Assembly (NCBI GenBank): GCA_973895155.1 | Contig: OZ316892.1 | Location: forward strand, 7,113,251-7,177,250 | Direction of reading: 5' to 3' | Source of the DNA: Marsupella aquatica | Lineage: Eukaryota; Plantae; Marchantiophyta | Length of the DNA stretch: 64,000 bases | Part shown: positions 12,480 through 26,276 of the stretch, one piece after another | How the letters are laid out: each line of letters opens with the position of its first letter | How positions within the stretch are numbered: position 1 is the first letter of the stretch | Made by a program: the position numbers and the translations under genes | The notes under the pieces: model-generated | The model's input: the letters and a program-made list of their open reading frames with translations, nothing else | What the model was told of the DNA's origin: nothing | Databases searched by the model: none

Positions 12480-12940
12480 TAGTGGTAGGTGGTTAAATAG
12501 GCTAACTAATATTTTTAAATACCAACTGAATTAGTGGAAAGTGAAGATCCCTGGTTCAATCCCAGTTCCATAAGCAAGGGGTGTCAAGGGTATGTGTGTG
12601 GATGGGCTCTAGTGTGGTGGGAGTCCTGGTTTCTAGCCTAGAACCGAGAGGTCCCAGGTTCAACCCCCCCTCCACGCGCAAGAGGTAGAGGTGTGGAGGA
12701 TACCCAAGGGGTGTGTGTGTTTGTGTGTGTGTGTGATGGGAATCTTGGTTTTAGCCCCTGGCTGGCTCGCTTTGGGGCCCTGGTTCAACCCTCTCTCCCT
12801 CTTGGTCTGGGTCCTGTCAGATCCATGGATATTGTCCTCTTGTGGCTACCCTTCATGAAATCGCATGCTCCTGAAGCAGAACGTCTATCCATTGTTGGAT
12901 GGGTCTGATTTCAGCTTTTAAGGCAAAAAGAAAGAGTGTG
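12480..12940 (+). mobile_element. tRNA-like SINE (dimeric head)
   Basis: A-box-like TGGTAGGTGG (~12483) and two B-box-like GGTTCAA(T/C)CCC (12553, 12657), each followed by a GT-rich tract. The 3' part is shared with 250-350 and 47960-48250. Confidence 0.65.
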
Positions 12941-13202
12941 AAGCCTAAAACGTGGTCCATGGGAGCTTTGGGCTTATAACTTAATGAGTATGAGTCCTTA
13001 AAATAAAATTAGTTTTGCACCTCCAAGGCAACTAGAGAAGGAGGAGACTTTCAAAAACACAAGCCCAAATACTTCATATTAACACAATGAAAGTTGATCT
13101 AATTGAATTTACCCCTCTGCATTCCATGATGAATAACTCAACCAAGATTCTGTATGTCCCGATAATTTAATATTTTTGAAAACTAAATCTATTTCTCCAA
13201 AG

Positions 13203-13206
<4 letters not shown>

Positions 13207-13233
<27 letters not shown>

Positions 13234-13240
13234 GATATAG
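13207..13240. repeat. (TA)n microsatellite
   Basis: Direct reading. Confidence 0.95.
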
Positions 13241-14539
13241 ATACGTGTACGTATATCAGTGCCAAATAACACAAACTCCACAAGGGGAGACACTATTCCA
13301 AACACAAAAAATAAAGGAGGAAGGAAAAAAACAACAATGAAAAGGGAACTAATGTTTCTATGTATGCCAATAATGACACAAATGTGAGCCTGTGAGACAC
13401 ACTGGGACAAGTACAAAAGAAATATGAGATCCAAACCCCCCAAGATTGCTCTTTGGTAAGCCACATTGTTCAGGAAGTCATGATAATCCTCCAGGTTACG
13501 CTAGCTCATATGCCAGCTTGCCCAATGTAAACATGAGCACATTTGCCCAGTTCTTGACCACTCACAAATTTGGATGGCCATTGGACGCAACATGCAAGAC
13601 TGGGATCGCTCTAAATATGGTCACCACCAGTTCATGATCGCCAACCACTTAAACCACAGCTGCCCCTTCAAAGAGTTACGGGTAACCCATAGGATCCAAA
13701 GTTCATGTTAACAGTAAATTTTTCCCAAACAAGTGGAGAAAACTGGCATCTTAGAGGAGAAATCTGGGACACTTCCCCCATACATATGGGCCTAGCTTTG
13801 TGGTTTAATGGTAGCAACCTGCCGTTTGCTAGTTCCATCAAAGTTTCACAATCATTTAGTCATCTTTTGAGCATGATTGCTCCACCAATACGGATAGTCA
13901 AGATACCCACTATACCTCAAACTAAAGATTCAAATTAATTTGTGGACCCCCATGTTCATGCAAGGAATGTGTGTGTGATGAAGTGAAATCAATTTTTCAA
14001 CTAATAGACAATTCTGAATCTCTCAATGGTCTTGGTGTGTGGTCGTACAAAAGAGAACTCTCAAAAGATAGAGGAGATTTATCAAACGGAAGGTTGAATG
14101 TGGAGGAATTGAATTTTTTGACGGTTTTTGCTTACACATTGGAAAATCGTGTTTCTACCATTCCTGATTGATCGTTTGTGAGTTACATTGAACATTACTG
14201 CCACAAGATAGACTAGAGGACAACACTCAGCTGTTGGCAAACGAGCGCTTGTCGATTCGGTGGGAAGAACGCAAAGAACGAATGAACCATCATTTCACTT
14301 GAAGGATTTTTAGTTTTTTTTTTAATTTAAGAAAGCTATGGTGTGAGGGGGAGACCAACAATTGTTTCTTTGACATAGAGGTTGCATTTGGCGTCAATCT
14401 GTGTTCAGAGTGAGCTTCAGTTGAAGACTAGAGGGATGCAAAACTTTCAAGCCGGGAAGCAAGCATTGTGGACAAGCGATGGCGACGTAATCAAAAAAAT
14501 CAATTTACAACGGCTAAGTTTGTGATGGTGACGAGATTG

Positions 14540-15030
14540 TGATATCTCTTAATCAAGAAAGGGTTTCCAATGAGACTCAGATTAACAAATTTTGTCAAGT
14601 TTCAAATGAGTTCTTGAATTTCTCACCCTTTCCAATGAGTGTGAGTATAAGAAATTTTGGTCATGAGTACATGAATTCTTTTACCGAGTCCGACATTGAC
14701 AAATTCCATGTCAAATTTTGTCACGGTACTAAAGAGAGCATGAGGTTTTCAATCTCTCTAGCTTTATAATGTGTGACATTGAGATTATTTGTTAAGAATT
14801 AGAAAGATCATGAGTATCTGAATTTCTCTAGCTTTCCAATGAACCTAACATTGATAGATTTTGTCAAGTACTAAGGAGATAAAGAGTTTCTAATTTTACT
14901 CTAGCTTTCCAATGAGTGTGACATTGAGAGATTTTATCAAGACATTACTAAAGAGGTCACAAGTTTCTAAATCTTGATCTTGAGTTTTCCAATGAACTAA
15001 ACATTGACAGATTTTATTAAGTACTAAGGA
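14540..15030. repeat. Degenerate minisatellite, ~60-75 bp unit, ~7 copies
   Basis: Recurrent CTAGCTTTCCAATGA...ACATTGA.AGATTTT.TCAAG motif. Confidence 0.8.
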
Positions 15031-16449
15031 GATTGATTATTTAATGTGGAGCCAAAGGGGTTCTAACTATGTACATTTTTATCGATTGATTTTTTCAAAC
15101 TTGCAAACAATTAAAAATACAAGTGTTTTGATTTAAAACATTAATATATAATTGACAAACATCATAATAGTAACTTTATTTTACTAAATGACGTGTATTT
15201 CTTTGTATTTTGGTTTTTTTATGTTTAATATTTATGGCATGGCGTCCCAAAAATTACGTTGTTTTTGTCACAAACATGAATGTGCACGTTTATTATTGTT
15301 AAAAATAGGATCATTCCTGTTTGTGTGATGTGGAGCAACCTCATGGCAAGGAATTTGCAAGAGAACTCTCATGGGGTTTAGTAAGAAGCTTCCTACTGAT
15401 ACAATCTCAAGTAGTCTAAAGGGCATCTCAAGTCTGTGAGTTCTAGCTGCAATCACAGTCCGAAGTGGTGTCAATAACTCACTCAGGGGCTGCGGAGCTA
15501 TGGGGCTCAGATTGAGATGCCTTAATATGGCCATATATCATCAATTTGGTTTTACTTCTATTTGTGTGACCATCCCCTTATTTGGGCTCGATGGTTCTTT
15601 TGGTATTTGCTGGTAAGCTCTTCTTGGGTTGCAAGTGTCGGTCCAGATCTATCTACGGTGTATAAGTGCAACAAGGCTCCCGGAAGATGGCCCCTGCCTT
15701 ATACAATTGGCACAGGCTATAAGTGCAATATCCATCAACATGTAGTTATGCATAGTAATTACCATAGGTTACAGTTTTGGAGTTCGTGTTTTAGTGCACT
15801 CCTCAAATATGTACTTCGTACTAGTGCCTCAACACATGCATGAAAATACGAGGTCTAATCAATGATTTGCACTTACCAATAAAAGCATGCAGTAATTATT
15901 TTTTAATTTGCATATAGGTTACCCTACGGATCTATCTATACCAATGATAATAATCTACTGATATTGGTGCAGTCATAAATACTCTAAACTTATGTATTTG
16001 CTGGCAAGTGAGGCCGGCTTTTACATGATTATGCAAACTACCAGAAAAAACTGCTACAATAGTACTCATATGAATTTGCCTGTCAAATGTCAATGCAGCA
16101 ATGTATGCCAAAAGTGCCCCTGAAATATCCTTACCTTCCTTTGAACCCAAGCAAGGAAGGTTCATACTCACAAACAAATGCAACAGTATATAATATTCTA
16201 AATGTGCTTAAAATAACCTGCAGCGTTGTCTACAAATGTGTCCTCTACGGTTTGATTCAACAATGGAGCACTGATAAGACTAAAGAGTTGTTGCTCTAAC
16301 TGTCCATTCATCTTGCAGAATCCCTCATGTAGCCACACCAAAAGCAATTCATGATCAGACCAATCAATCTATTAATTTAACAGAAGAAGCCAATCTACAA
16401 GAAGTAAATTAAGGGAGAAAGTTGCAGGTAACCTTTCCAACAGATATTG

Positions 16450-16900
16450 TCTAAGGGAGGAAAATATTTCAGTTTCCTCACACACAGCAGCTACTCATCA
16501 GAAGGTATGGTGGCTGGACAGCTGAGCATGAGCAACCACATGATGCCCTATTTGCAGAGGGAGCAAAGGCAAATCAAAACCACAAAACCACACAAATGTG
16601 TTTTGGGAAATACTACAAGAATGATGTATAGTTTGCCAATCAACTTACCCTACCTGCACTCAAGTTGCCCTATGCACTTTGGCACCATTCCTGTGTCCTT
16701 CAACCACCTTGCCTCAATGTGGTTTCCATAGCAGGGCCAATCCTCCTTGGCCATGTGATGCCAAGGGAAAAGGCCCCCTGTTGCCAAAGTCACCGCTGGT
16801 TTCATGGAGCCCGCAACAGATGCCTTTACCCCACCAGAACATAAAAGATACCCTGCTAGTGGGGCTACTTAGGCAGCCCCTTTACACAAAAGATCACAGA
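16450..16900 (-). mobile_element. Possible decayed L1-type LINE endonuclease fragment
   Basis: Minus strand gives GQGGLALLWKPH and, further on in another frame, FAFAPSANR, resembling the APE motifs GGLALLW and YAP. Many stops. Confidence 0.3.
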
Positions 16901-19039
16901 TACCTCACAGGAAAACACTCAGAGCTGCTCATTGGAAAAGAAAGGGAGCAAGTCAGTACTGTCCCGCTCTATCATTTGTAAGATCGAACGAGAGTAAGTC
17001 GGTAGTGATTCTTGAGTTTGGAGTGCTTAAAGCTCCACTGTCGCCAAGCAAAATCTGGTGTATCCATGTTACTAAAATAAATCAAAATTGAGTTCAAACA
17101 GGTAAAAGAAAGTTCTAATTTGTACTCCCCAAACCTGGTGAACACTGGTGGTTTAAGGTGATTTTACCTGGTGGCTTGCTGTTCTGTTTCTAGCCGTTCC
17201 ACACGGATGCATAGTATTATCTATCCACGAGACTGGATTAAATTTGTCGTACTGTTATTTTCTAATCTTGATAAGGAGACCAGAAAACAGCCCAATTAGA
17301 CCCTAGAGTACGACTACAGTAGTAATGCAAGGTTAGGAATCCCAGACGAACTGTACAGCGGGCCCCCAGTAACTGCGGTTAGAGCGCCTTGAGAGTTCTT
17401 CGTTGTGCGTGCTCGGCCTAGGATAGGTGTGGTGGGGTCCGCGATGACGCACAGCCTTCCTTCCGTCGATTCCCCATCGACGGCCTCCCTCGATGCCTGG
17501 AACGTGTCCTTACTTTTGAATCCCATCACCCGCCGTTGTCCTTTAAATATTAAAATATTCACCCTCATTGGATGATTATCTATCCGTCGTCGCCCTTTGC
17601 CGTAAAAGGGAAGGCCGGCCGGCAGGCCGGGTCTCACAAGGCACGGTGGATCAAAAATGGACGGTCGCCATTCGCTCCGAGGCAACAGGCCGTGCAATTG
17701 CGATTCCTGGCCCGGGCATGCCATTTCGTCGGACACCATTATTAATTAATGATGTCCTGCAGCTTAGTCTATTCGGGGAATAGAATACTAAATGAGTCGT
17801 GACGTCGAACTTTCACCGGGAAGTGATTTCGCTGGTTATTGCTGACCGTTGCTTCGCCGGAAAGCCCGTGTTTACCGGTCCACTGCTTGACGGTGCGGAG
17901 GACGACAGTAGGCAAGCAAAATCACGACAGCACCCGCCGGGAAATGGAATTTTGTGTGCCGTTGTTTGACACAAGAAAGGAACTTCCCGATGGAGCTATT
18001 CATGACGTGGGCTCTTGTCATTTGTTGGATTGAAATAAAATTTTGAGCTCTCGATTTTTTAAATTATAAATATACACGACGGAGTAGTGTATGTGGTCTT
18101 TTTCTCAAGGTGTCGTTTTTGATCCGAAAAGTGCTCTGGTGGGAGGTTATTTTCTGAATGGCGCCAGGAGTTACAAATAATCATTATTTTTATTTTGGAG
18201 CTAGTGGTCTGTAGCACTCTATGCGGTCCCGTGCAGCTATTGTAGCACTATACGGTCCCCTGGATGTATGTATGGATGCCTACATGCATGATAGCCACCA
18301 TAGGATCGATGGGATGGTCTTGCTATCAGGTATCAGGTTCCATGGGCCACTTTGGGGAACGATGGATACTCTGGCAGCTCTCTCCCTAGTCGCTTCGACT
18401 TTGTATTGAGTGTACGCTTTCTATTATTGCATCGATCTGTTGTATCAATAGACATCATATGTGATAAAAACTAAAACGTTTTCATATTATTTAAAGAAAT
18501 ATATGTACAACAAATGAAAAAAAGAAATGAAGCCAGGATGTACCACCACAATGGAAGCAGGTACGATATTTAGGTGGTCTCTGGGAGTTTTGGGCTTTAG
18601 GATGCTCTGATGTCCTAGCTTTCTAATTCTATGGGGGCTGCACAGCAAACCCCTTGGTCCATCAGAGCTCCACATTCCAAAAATAAATATTTTATCTTAT
18701 TTTATTATTTATAAAGCAAAACAGGACATTCCAGTTAAATTTTTTTTGTGGTTATACAATGTTCTCTTCATAACATGTAGATAGATGGAATAGGTCAAGA
18801 TTGTTTGTCTATCCTAAGAAATATATCAGGTTAACCACCTTGGCGCATGGATTGCAGAGGGTTCCTTCATCCTCCATGTGATCGGGAACCTGGCCTGGCT
18901 CAAGAGACTCTGCCCAGACCAGATCCCAAACCAGAAGCCCATCCAAAAGACACCCAACCCAACCTGAACATGTCAAGGAAAGCAAGTCAGCCTAATTTGG
19001 GATATGGTTTGCTGGAGTGGCAATGAATCTTGTTGCTTC

Positions 19040-19140
19040 AAACAGGGGAGTCAAACCCGGAAAGTGGTTTTTGGCCTAACCCACACACCAGCCCTCCCCC
19101 ACACTTAGGGATAGAGGAGGGCTTGAACCTGAGACCAGAG
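19040..19140 (-). mobile_element. SINE head fragment
   Basis: Reverse complement GGTCTCAGGTTCAAGCCCTCCTC followed by a GT-rich tract has the same layout as 12650 and 48000. Confidence 0.5.
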
Positions 19141-19561
19141 TGAAGAATTTTTGGTCTATAACTGAGTTGGGACAGGTCATGGTGCTGAAAAATGAGTGAA
19201 ATTTGGTGCACAATAAGAGAAGGATGCACAAAGCAAGTGGTAAGCTCAGGGGTCTCACTATTTGGGGCCCCTTCACATCACCTGGGTTCAAGCACACTCT
19301 CAAACTAATGAATCAGAAGTTTTTTTGGGGAATTGTTTTACCCCTATTAATTCAGACAATTCTTGGATATTCCAAAATTTGGTTTTTAGGACCCGATCTT
19401 TCCTTATAAGTTTCAACAAATATTTGTAAATATTTATTTAAAAGACCAATAAAATGACACTGCAGGGGCGAGGTTTGCACTTCTGGAAAATCTATGTCTG
19501 TAGAAATACATATATCGTTATCTTTATCAAAAATAATTAGTGCAAGTACAGTAGTTAGTTA

Positions 19562-19825
19562 ATATCTCACTAATCGGGGGCAAGGATTAAAATATACCCA
19601 TACATAGTATGCATTGGAGCAGTGTACTTCCTCCAAACCAAACCGAACTTGGGCTGGCAGGACGGATCTCGCCCAGATCGGATAGCAGCCGGTTAATGTC
19701 TCACTAATCAGAGGCAAGGATTAAAGTCTAACCATACACAGTATGGATTGGAGCAGATTACTTCCTCTGAACCAAAACCAAACCGAACTTGTGCTGGCAG
19801 GAGGGACCTCGTCCAGATGACCAGA
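19562..19825. repeat. ~135-bp tandem duplication upstream of the Alfin-like gene
   Basis: TCTCACTAATC.G.GGCAAGGATTAAA...ATTGGAGCAG..TACTTCCTC...AAACCGAACTTG.GCTGGCAGGA occurs twice (19565, 19699). Confidence 0.9.
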
Positions 19826-19991
19826 TCGCCTTACCGAACCAAAACAACCAACCAAAACATGCCCGAGCCGACCTTCGCGTGACCCACTCCCAACTCACCG
19901 AACGCAGCAGCCTGTCTCGGGGCGTGGTGTGCGCTGCCGGAGCTAACCACAGTAGTGCTCGCATGGATCCCGCTGGGTCAAGAGTAGCGAA

Positions 19992-19995
<4 letters not shown>

Positions 19996-20031
<36 letters not shown>
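19996..20031. repeat. (GA)n microsatellite in promoter/5' leader
   Basis: Direct reading. Confidence 0.95.
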
Positions 20032-20038
<7 letters not shown>

Positions 20039-21034
20039 TGTGGGGGACGTTCGCTTTTGAGGTGCTCCTACGGTACCGCGCTGCTTTCCTTGAGGTCAAA
20101 ATTAATAATATGAAGGAAAGAGAGCTTTCCTTTCAGCTTGAGCAGGAGGCTTGCGGCTCGGTGATTGCGGCTCTCGCCCGGGCACCACCACCGTCTCTTG
20201 CGGTCGTCTGTTTTGTGGGTCAGGGAGGAGGAGGAAGAAGAAGAGACGAGGCTCTGTTCTATAGGAGTAGTGTGGGTCTGGTCTGGTCTGGTGGCTGGCT
20301 AAGAGCTGGGTGGTGGGTGCTGGGAGAGTTGTGTATGTGTGTTTGACGACCGAGCCGAACACGGTGCTCTGCTTGTTTTAAGTAGGGTACGCAGCTGCGA
20401 GGTTGGCTTTTCCCCCGCCTTTCTAAACGATATCGACGCTCGAGTCTGGCTGGTTGGCTGGGCTATCTACAGGTTTTCGGTTTACAGTTTAGACGCGCGT
20501 GAGGGGTGTAGTGAGTAGTGAGGAGTGTGTAGTGTGTCGGGCTGTGTCGCAGTTCAGCTGTGAGAGTCTGATTGCGGTCGTCCGTTTCCGCTCTCTTTTT
20601 CTCGAGTTGGGTGGTGGGTGTGGGTCTGGATTGTGGCCAGTTCCCGATCGAAGCTGGGGAGGTTGTCGAGCGCGAGAGAGGTTCGATTGGGTTTTGGTGT
20701 TGGTCAAGGTGTGAGTGAAGAGAAGGAGAAGTCGCAGGCTAGCGACGTGGCTACGAAAAAGAGGTTGGGTACTGGTGGAGTAGGGCAGAGGACGGGGAGA
20801 AGGGATTTCAAGATGCGCAGCCGCCTGCTGGCGAGCTTTAGTGTGAGGAGAGGTCTTGCGAGCGATTGCCGTGGCGTGAGCTTTCTCTCGACCGAATTCG
20901 AGGTTTCAATCTTGAAGAGAGTGTAGGCCTTTAGGTCGTGCACAGGGAGGCGGGAGTGTAGGTGTTTACCGTGCGGAGAGTTGTTTGAGCCGACTTTTTT
21001 TTGGTAGTTTCTGGTTTGGAGAGTTTTGAGGGCA

Positions 21035-23226
21035 ATGGAGGGAGGGTCGATGTCCACTGACCCTCGGACTGTCGAAGAAGTGTTCAAGGATTTCAAGGGC
21101 CGGCGAGCAGGAATGCTCAAGGCTCTGACGTCGGGTAAGTTTGGACGCGGAAGCGTTTTTTCTCCTCTAATCTCTTCCGGGAAGTTTGTCTCAACTCCCT
21201 CGTCGTATCTTCCCTAGGCAGAGGTAGGACTCCTATGCTTGCAGTGTCACAACTGCAAGATGCATGCGGTTGATGTGATGGTTGTGGTCGCTGATCCGCC
21301 CCCATCAGTGCTCACAGCTTGCTTTGCCGCGGTGCGCGGCCTCCTAGCCGCATCTGAAGCTCGTAACCTTGGCTGCTGTAATTCATCCGCGATGTTGTCG
21401 AACGGATGGTAGTGTTGTGGTCGTTACTGATTGCGTTTGTTTTGTTGTCGTCGCGGAGTTTCAGTGTCTTGTCTTCGTTCGGGGAACTCACACTGTGTCT
21501 CCGTTGTTGGTTCCGTACAGACGTCGAGGAATTTTTCCTACAGTGCGATCCAGGTGGGCACTCTTATCGACGATGCTTGTCGTCCTCGTTGGTCGGTGCG
21601 GTATCTTGCGTGCGTGGGTTTGTGGAAGTTTTTGTTGTCTGGTGCTGTGTCCTTTTGATGCAGAGTGCGTGTTCTTTCGGGCTTTCGTCGCTTTCGAACG
21701 ATGTGCTGACAATGCATTTGGCTGCAGAGAAAGAGAATCTGTGTTTGTATGGCTTCCCCGACGAAGCTTGGGAAGTAAACCTTCCCTCAGAGGAGGTTCC
21801 GCCGGAACTTCCCGAGCCTGCTCTTGGAATAAACTTTGCCAGAGATGGCATGCTCCGTAAAGATTGGCTCTCACTTGTAGCTGTCCACAGTGATGCGTGG
21901 CTTCTTGCTGTTTCGTATTTTTACGGCGCGCGACTTGATAAAAATGAAAGGTTAGCATTGAACCGACCCCTCGGTGTTACCAAGTGTGAGTGTGCGGGTG
22001 TTGAATTTGGTCTTCTGGATGAAGTGGGAAGGGTAGCACTTTCTGGCAATGCCTCGATTGCTCCCGAGTCCCTTCTCGATTCCGCTCCCGCGACAGTCCC
22101 TACCGGCCGAAGCGTGTGATTTAATAGTTTTAGTGTATTTGCGTTCACACGTTGTACGAACTGATTTTGAGCATTTAGTAACCTTTCCGGCAGTTGACAG
22201 GCATTCGTGCATTTACTACTTGTCTATCGGTGGTCGAGTTTTGACTGTACTGTGCTCTTTGTTTCGGGTAATTGGGGCTTTGGTTTCGTTGTCGTATTCT
22301 CACGATTTGCGCGTCGTGTCTCGTAACGGAAGTCAGTTTTATCCTTTAAGAGAACGATCTTGGCCTTTCTCTTTGATTTTTTGGCGTAAATTCCCCGTGA
22401 GCGATTGATTTGCTAACATTGCTTTGCGTATGTTGCTTGTCCAGGAAACGCCTTTTCAATATGATCAATGAGCTGCCGACGGTATTTGACGTAGTTACTG
22501 GAAAGAAGCCCGTTAAAGAGAAAACCAGCGTAAATAACAGCGGAGGAAACAAAGCAAAATCAACTGGTTCGAAAATGGTAAGTCGAGACTCGCTGATGAT
22601 GCTAACATTTTTACGGATCATCCTAGTGTGGGTTGGGTGTAATTTTGAATTTCGCGCGGGAAGAATCCGATTCTGATATGGAGTTACATTCTCGATGGCT
22701 GTTGCGAGTGGTAATTATTCGTGGTTTCCTTGTGCATTGTGTGGTACGACATCCATGAGTCAGTTTTCTAAGTCCCTCGTTACCTTAGGCGTGAATTCTA
22801 CGAGATTTTCCTCGAAAGACTTTACTATGTCCAAGGGAACTGGGCTAATTTTCCAGTCGCTTGTTTCAAGGCTGAGGAGTTTTACATGTCTCCTGGCTTC
22901 AGTCGTGTTCTGAACGAATTTTGCACTGACCGTCCTTGATGCGTCCTTTGCAGGGGCGTGCTTCAGAGGTCCAGGCGAAACCGTCGAAACCCGCGCCACC
23001 TCCCCCGAAGGAGGAAGAAGAGACGCTGGAAGATGACGACGAGGAGCACGGTGATACATTTTGTGGTAGCTGTGGGGGGAATTACACAGCTGACGAATTT
23101 TGGATTGGATGTGACAGCTGTGAGAAGTGGTTCCACGGCAAGTGTGTGAAGATTACACCTGCGAGAGCGGAGCACATAAAACACTACAAATGTCCATCGT
23201 GCAGCAACAAAAGGGCTCGTACGTAA
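21035..23226 (+). CDS. AL: Alfin-like PHD finger protein (PAL/DUF3594 + PHD), 5 exons
   Basis: Exons 21035-21134, 21521-21553, 21728-21950, 22445-22577 and 22954-23226, all GT-AG and phase-consistent. Motifs [58 protein letters not shown] and [26 protein letters not shown]. Confidence 0.96.
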
Positions 23227-26200
23227 TGGAATTGGGCTGCAGTCATTTTGTAGCATTAGGGGCGGCGCCCTCTCGCAAGTACCCTTGCATTGATAAATAT
23301 TGGTTTTGCCTCTACCAGTTGCAGGCAGAAAGTGGGGTACTCTATTTTCTACAGACGTTTCTCATTGATTTTGGGAGGGAGGGAGGGAGGGCTGGCAGCC
23401 ATTACCGTCCGTAGTGTAGCATAGGCAATATGGAAGGAGCTGTCCAGCTCGAGTAGTGGCCCTGATTCTGTCATCTTTGTTAGTCAGGGCACTAGGCTGT
23501 CTCACGGTTCCTCTGAAAGACTGCTTGTGTGCATTTTATCTGCACACTTGGAAGTTTTACGAAGTTAGTAGATTTTTCCCGAAAACATCTTGACTTACAT
23601 TTGCATCAGATGGTAGTGGTATCGTTCACTGTATTTCCGCCTTCCTTTCATATTTTGCCTCGTATTCAAAAAGGCATACTGGAGGAGAGCAGAGTGCTTG
23701 TAAGCTGAGTCATGCTGTGCTACTATTCTGTGCAGCCTCATGACCAACTATGACGGGGCTTGTGTGGCTGCCTGCATGGGAATTCAGCTGGGTGGATTTG
23801 CATTCCACACAGGATCCGACCCTTAGCCGTCAGGGACATATGCAAAACGGTGACTAAAATTGGGCAAGGCACCTTTCTGGATTGGCGGACTGATCATTCA
23901 TGTCAGTATACTGGATTTCCACTGTCAAACAGTGGCCTTTGTTAAGTACCACTTCAGCTGTGCTCTTTCTGTGCATGCCGTTTCTTGGTACGTGCTCACG
24001 AATCATAATCTGTCGGGGCCTACATCTGCAGAGCTGACAGACCAATTGAGAGAATTCAATTATCAATTGCTTTCGTGAAGCCGTGCTGAATCCTCTCGTC
24101 ACGAGTTTTATACACCGTGATTGATTGTGTTGACCATTCACGTTTTCCGCCTACTGTGCTGATCGGAAGTACCGAGTTGCTGTCGTATTGGAGCTGCTCA
24201 CCGGCTCGTACTCCATACACTGGTCGGACATCACCAAAGTGAATGAAATAATGATCTGTGCGTGCGGCTCCTGCTTAGATGACGATATAGCTCGTAACAG
24301 AGAAGTGATCCGTACTTGACGCCACTCGAAATTGGTGGCGTAGTAGTTCGTGTCTAAGTAGGTAGTAAGTCTGATGGTGTGAGTTTTTTGTAAACGCTGG
24401 ACTCGAGAACTCACAACGATGAAAGCTACTGTAGGTCTGACTCAGAGAATTTTAACTCTGGGCGTTTTGTGGCCTTTGAGGTATCTGTTCCTCAAACTAG
24501 AGTCGCCTTAGGAAGTTAGAATATGGTTGTTCTCAATTGTGATGAAAGAAATTGCTGGGGTTGCCTCCCGTTTAATGTAATTGTCAGGTGCTTTGTCTCT
24601 TTCTCGGCTCGTTTGGGCCGCGTGTCACATTCACGTAATAGGGTAGCAATGGCTGTAATTGACCGCGCTAGGTTTCGTTGAATGACCTCGAATTTCGCCT
24701 CTGGGAGGCTACCTCGGCGGAATCGTCTCCCTTTCGGTACCAAGCTTCACCGTAGCTCTTGCATTGGTCGGCTCGAACATATTCAATGTATCTTTTCCCG
24801 TATGAAATGTTCAACACGAGCTTCTGTCAAATGCGCACTTAGCGGATCGTCTTCACGCCGCGGACGGAAGACTTGCGCCAACTATAGGTGCGAAACTTGA
24901 GGCGGACTAAGCGATTTGCTCCTAGCGTCTGAGCATTTTTGGCGCCAGCCAAGTTCCCTTCTCGAAGAAGATGAAGTACACCCGCATCTACATCTGAACA
25001 GCCCGGCAGCGGTTGGCCAAGCAACCTCTCATATCTGGCGACTGAGTTCTGTAGCTTTGACTTTGGCAGCTGCAAGAGTTTTACCTTTGGCAATTCACAG
25101 GTTTCGCTGACGCTCATTTTCCGTCACTCTTATCCTACCGTGTCGAACGGGATTCAGCCTGATCAAATGCAATGAAGCACAATCCTCAGAACCATAAAGT
25201 GAAGCAAACACCGAAGTACCCCGCTCACATGGCCGAGTGGGCGGTTTCTTCTTCTCAGCTTGTACATGTCTTGAGACTAATGTCGGAGACTAATGTCGGA
25301 GACAAATGCAAATGCTTATTACTTTCTGTCTTGAATTTGTACGAAATTGTTGCCTCCCTAATGCGCCACCTTCTAATATTCTTCGTCGTTCAACAGGAGC
25401 ACATCAAGACGGCCCTCGATAGACTACAGGGGCCAACGTAGTTCTACCGGCTCTGAGCAGCGCGATTCTTAATTTTTCTCCCCAAGAACTGACCGAGTAT
25501 GGTAGGTTTCATAGAAGGTCATCATGAAGTTCGCTTTCCGGAGTTGTGTGGGAGAGGGGTAGGGTCACTCTTCGTCATCCCATCGACTCCATCGATGCTG
25601 CTGCGTCCACACATCAAACACATTGGTATGTTCGATAATGCACCTTCACAGGGAAAGAATAAAGCGCCTAGAGCTTGAGACTAGATTTCACCAGTCTCCC
25701 TCCTTCTGCGATCCTCGCTGCGTTCACACCTCTGCAATCTTCTCGCCGTATCCCGTTTCGTTCTGTTCTGTTTTGTCTTCGGTTCGGTTCGGTTCGGTTC
25801 TGTTCTGTCTCATCTCATCTCATCTCATCGTCCGCTTTCCTCTGGGAATGTTCAGCTGGAGCTCTGCGCCACACTCCAATCACATAGGCTTGTTTCGGAA
25901 CTGTTCCTTCGCAGGAAAAAGAATGCGGCTCCTGAAGCGGAGACTCGAATTCTCAGCAATCTTCCCCACAAACAAATCCTCTGATCTCAACCCCTACTGC
26001 ACTCTTTTTGGTCTACTCCCATTTCCTTTAGTTCAGTCCCGTCTCATCCCACCGTTCACTTTCCCCATATCGTCTCAGCTGCAGCTATGCACCACTTCCC
26101 CCTGGAAATCGTCTCAGCTGCAAACAGCTATGCACTGCAAGAACATCGTCTTCCGAAACCTTGGGCTTCAGCAATTCTCAACGGACTGTTCGATCTGACC

Positions 26201-26276
26201 AGACTCCACTACGTATAGGGTAATGTAGGTCTGGGCGCATGGTTACAAGGCTGTAACCCTGCGTCCGGAATATGAA

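Noticed and set aside
13200-13920. Possible LINE RT/3' end on minus strand (LPKSNLGG)
   Set aside because: Only one short motif amid many stops; not enough to call.
24500-25120. Two short minus-strand ORFs with protein-like composition
   Set aside because: No recognisable domain or consistent splice model.
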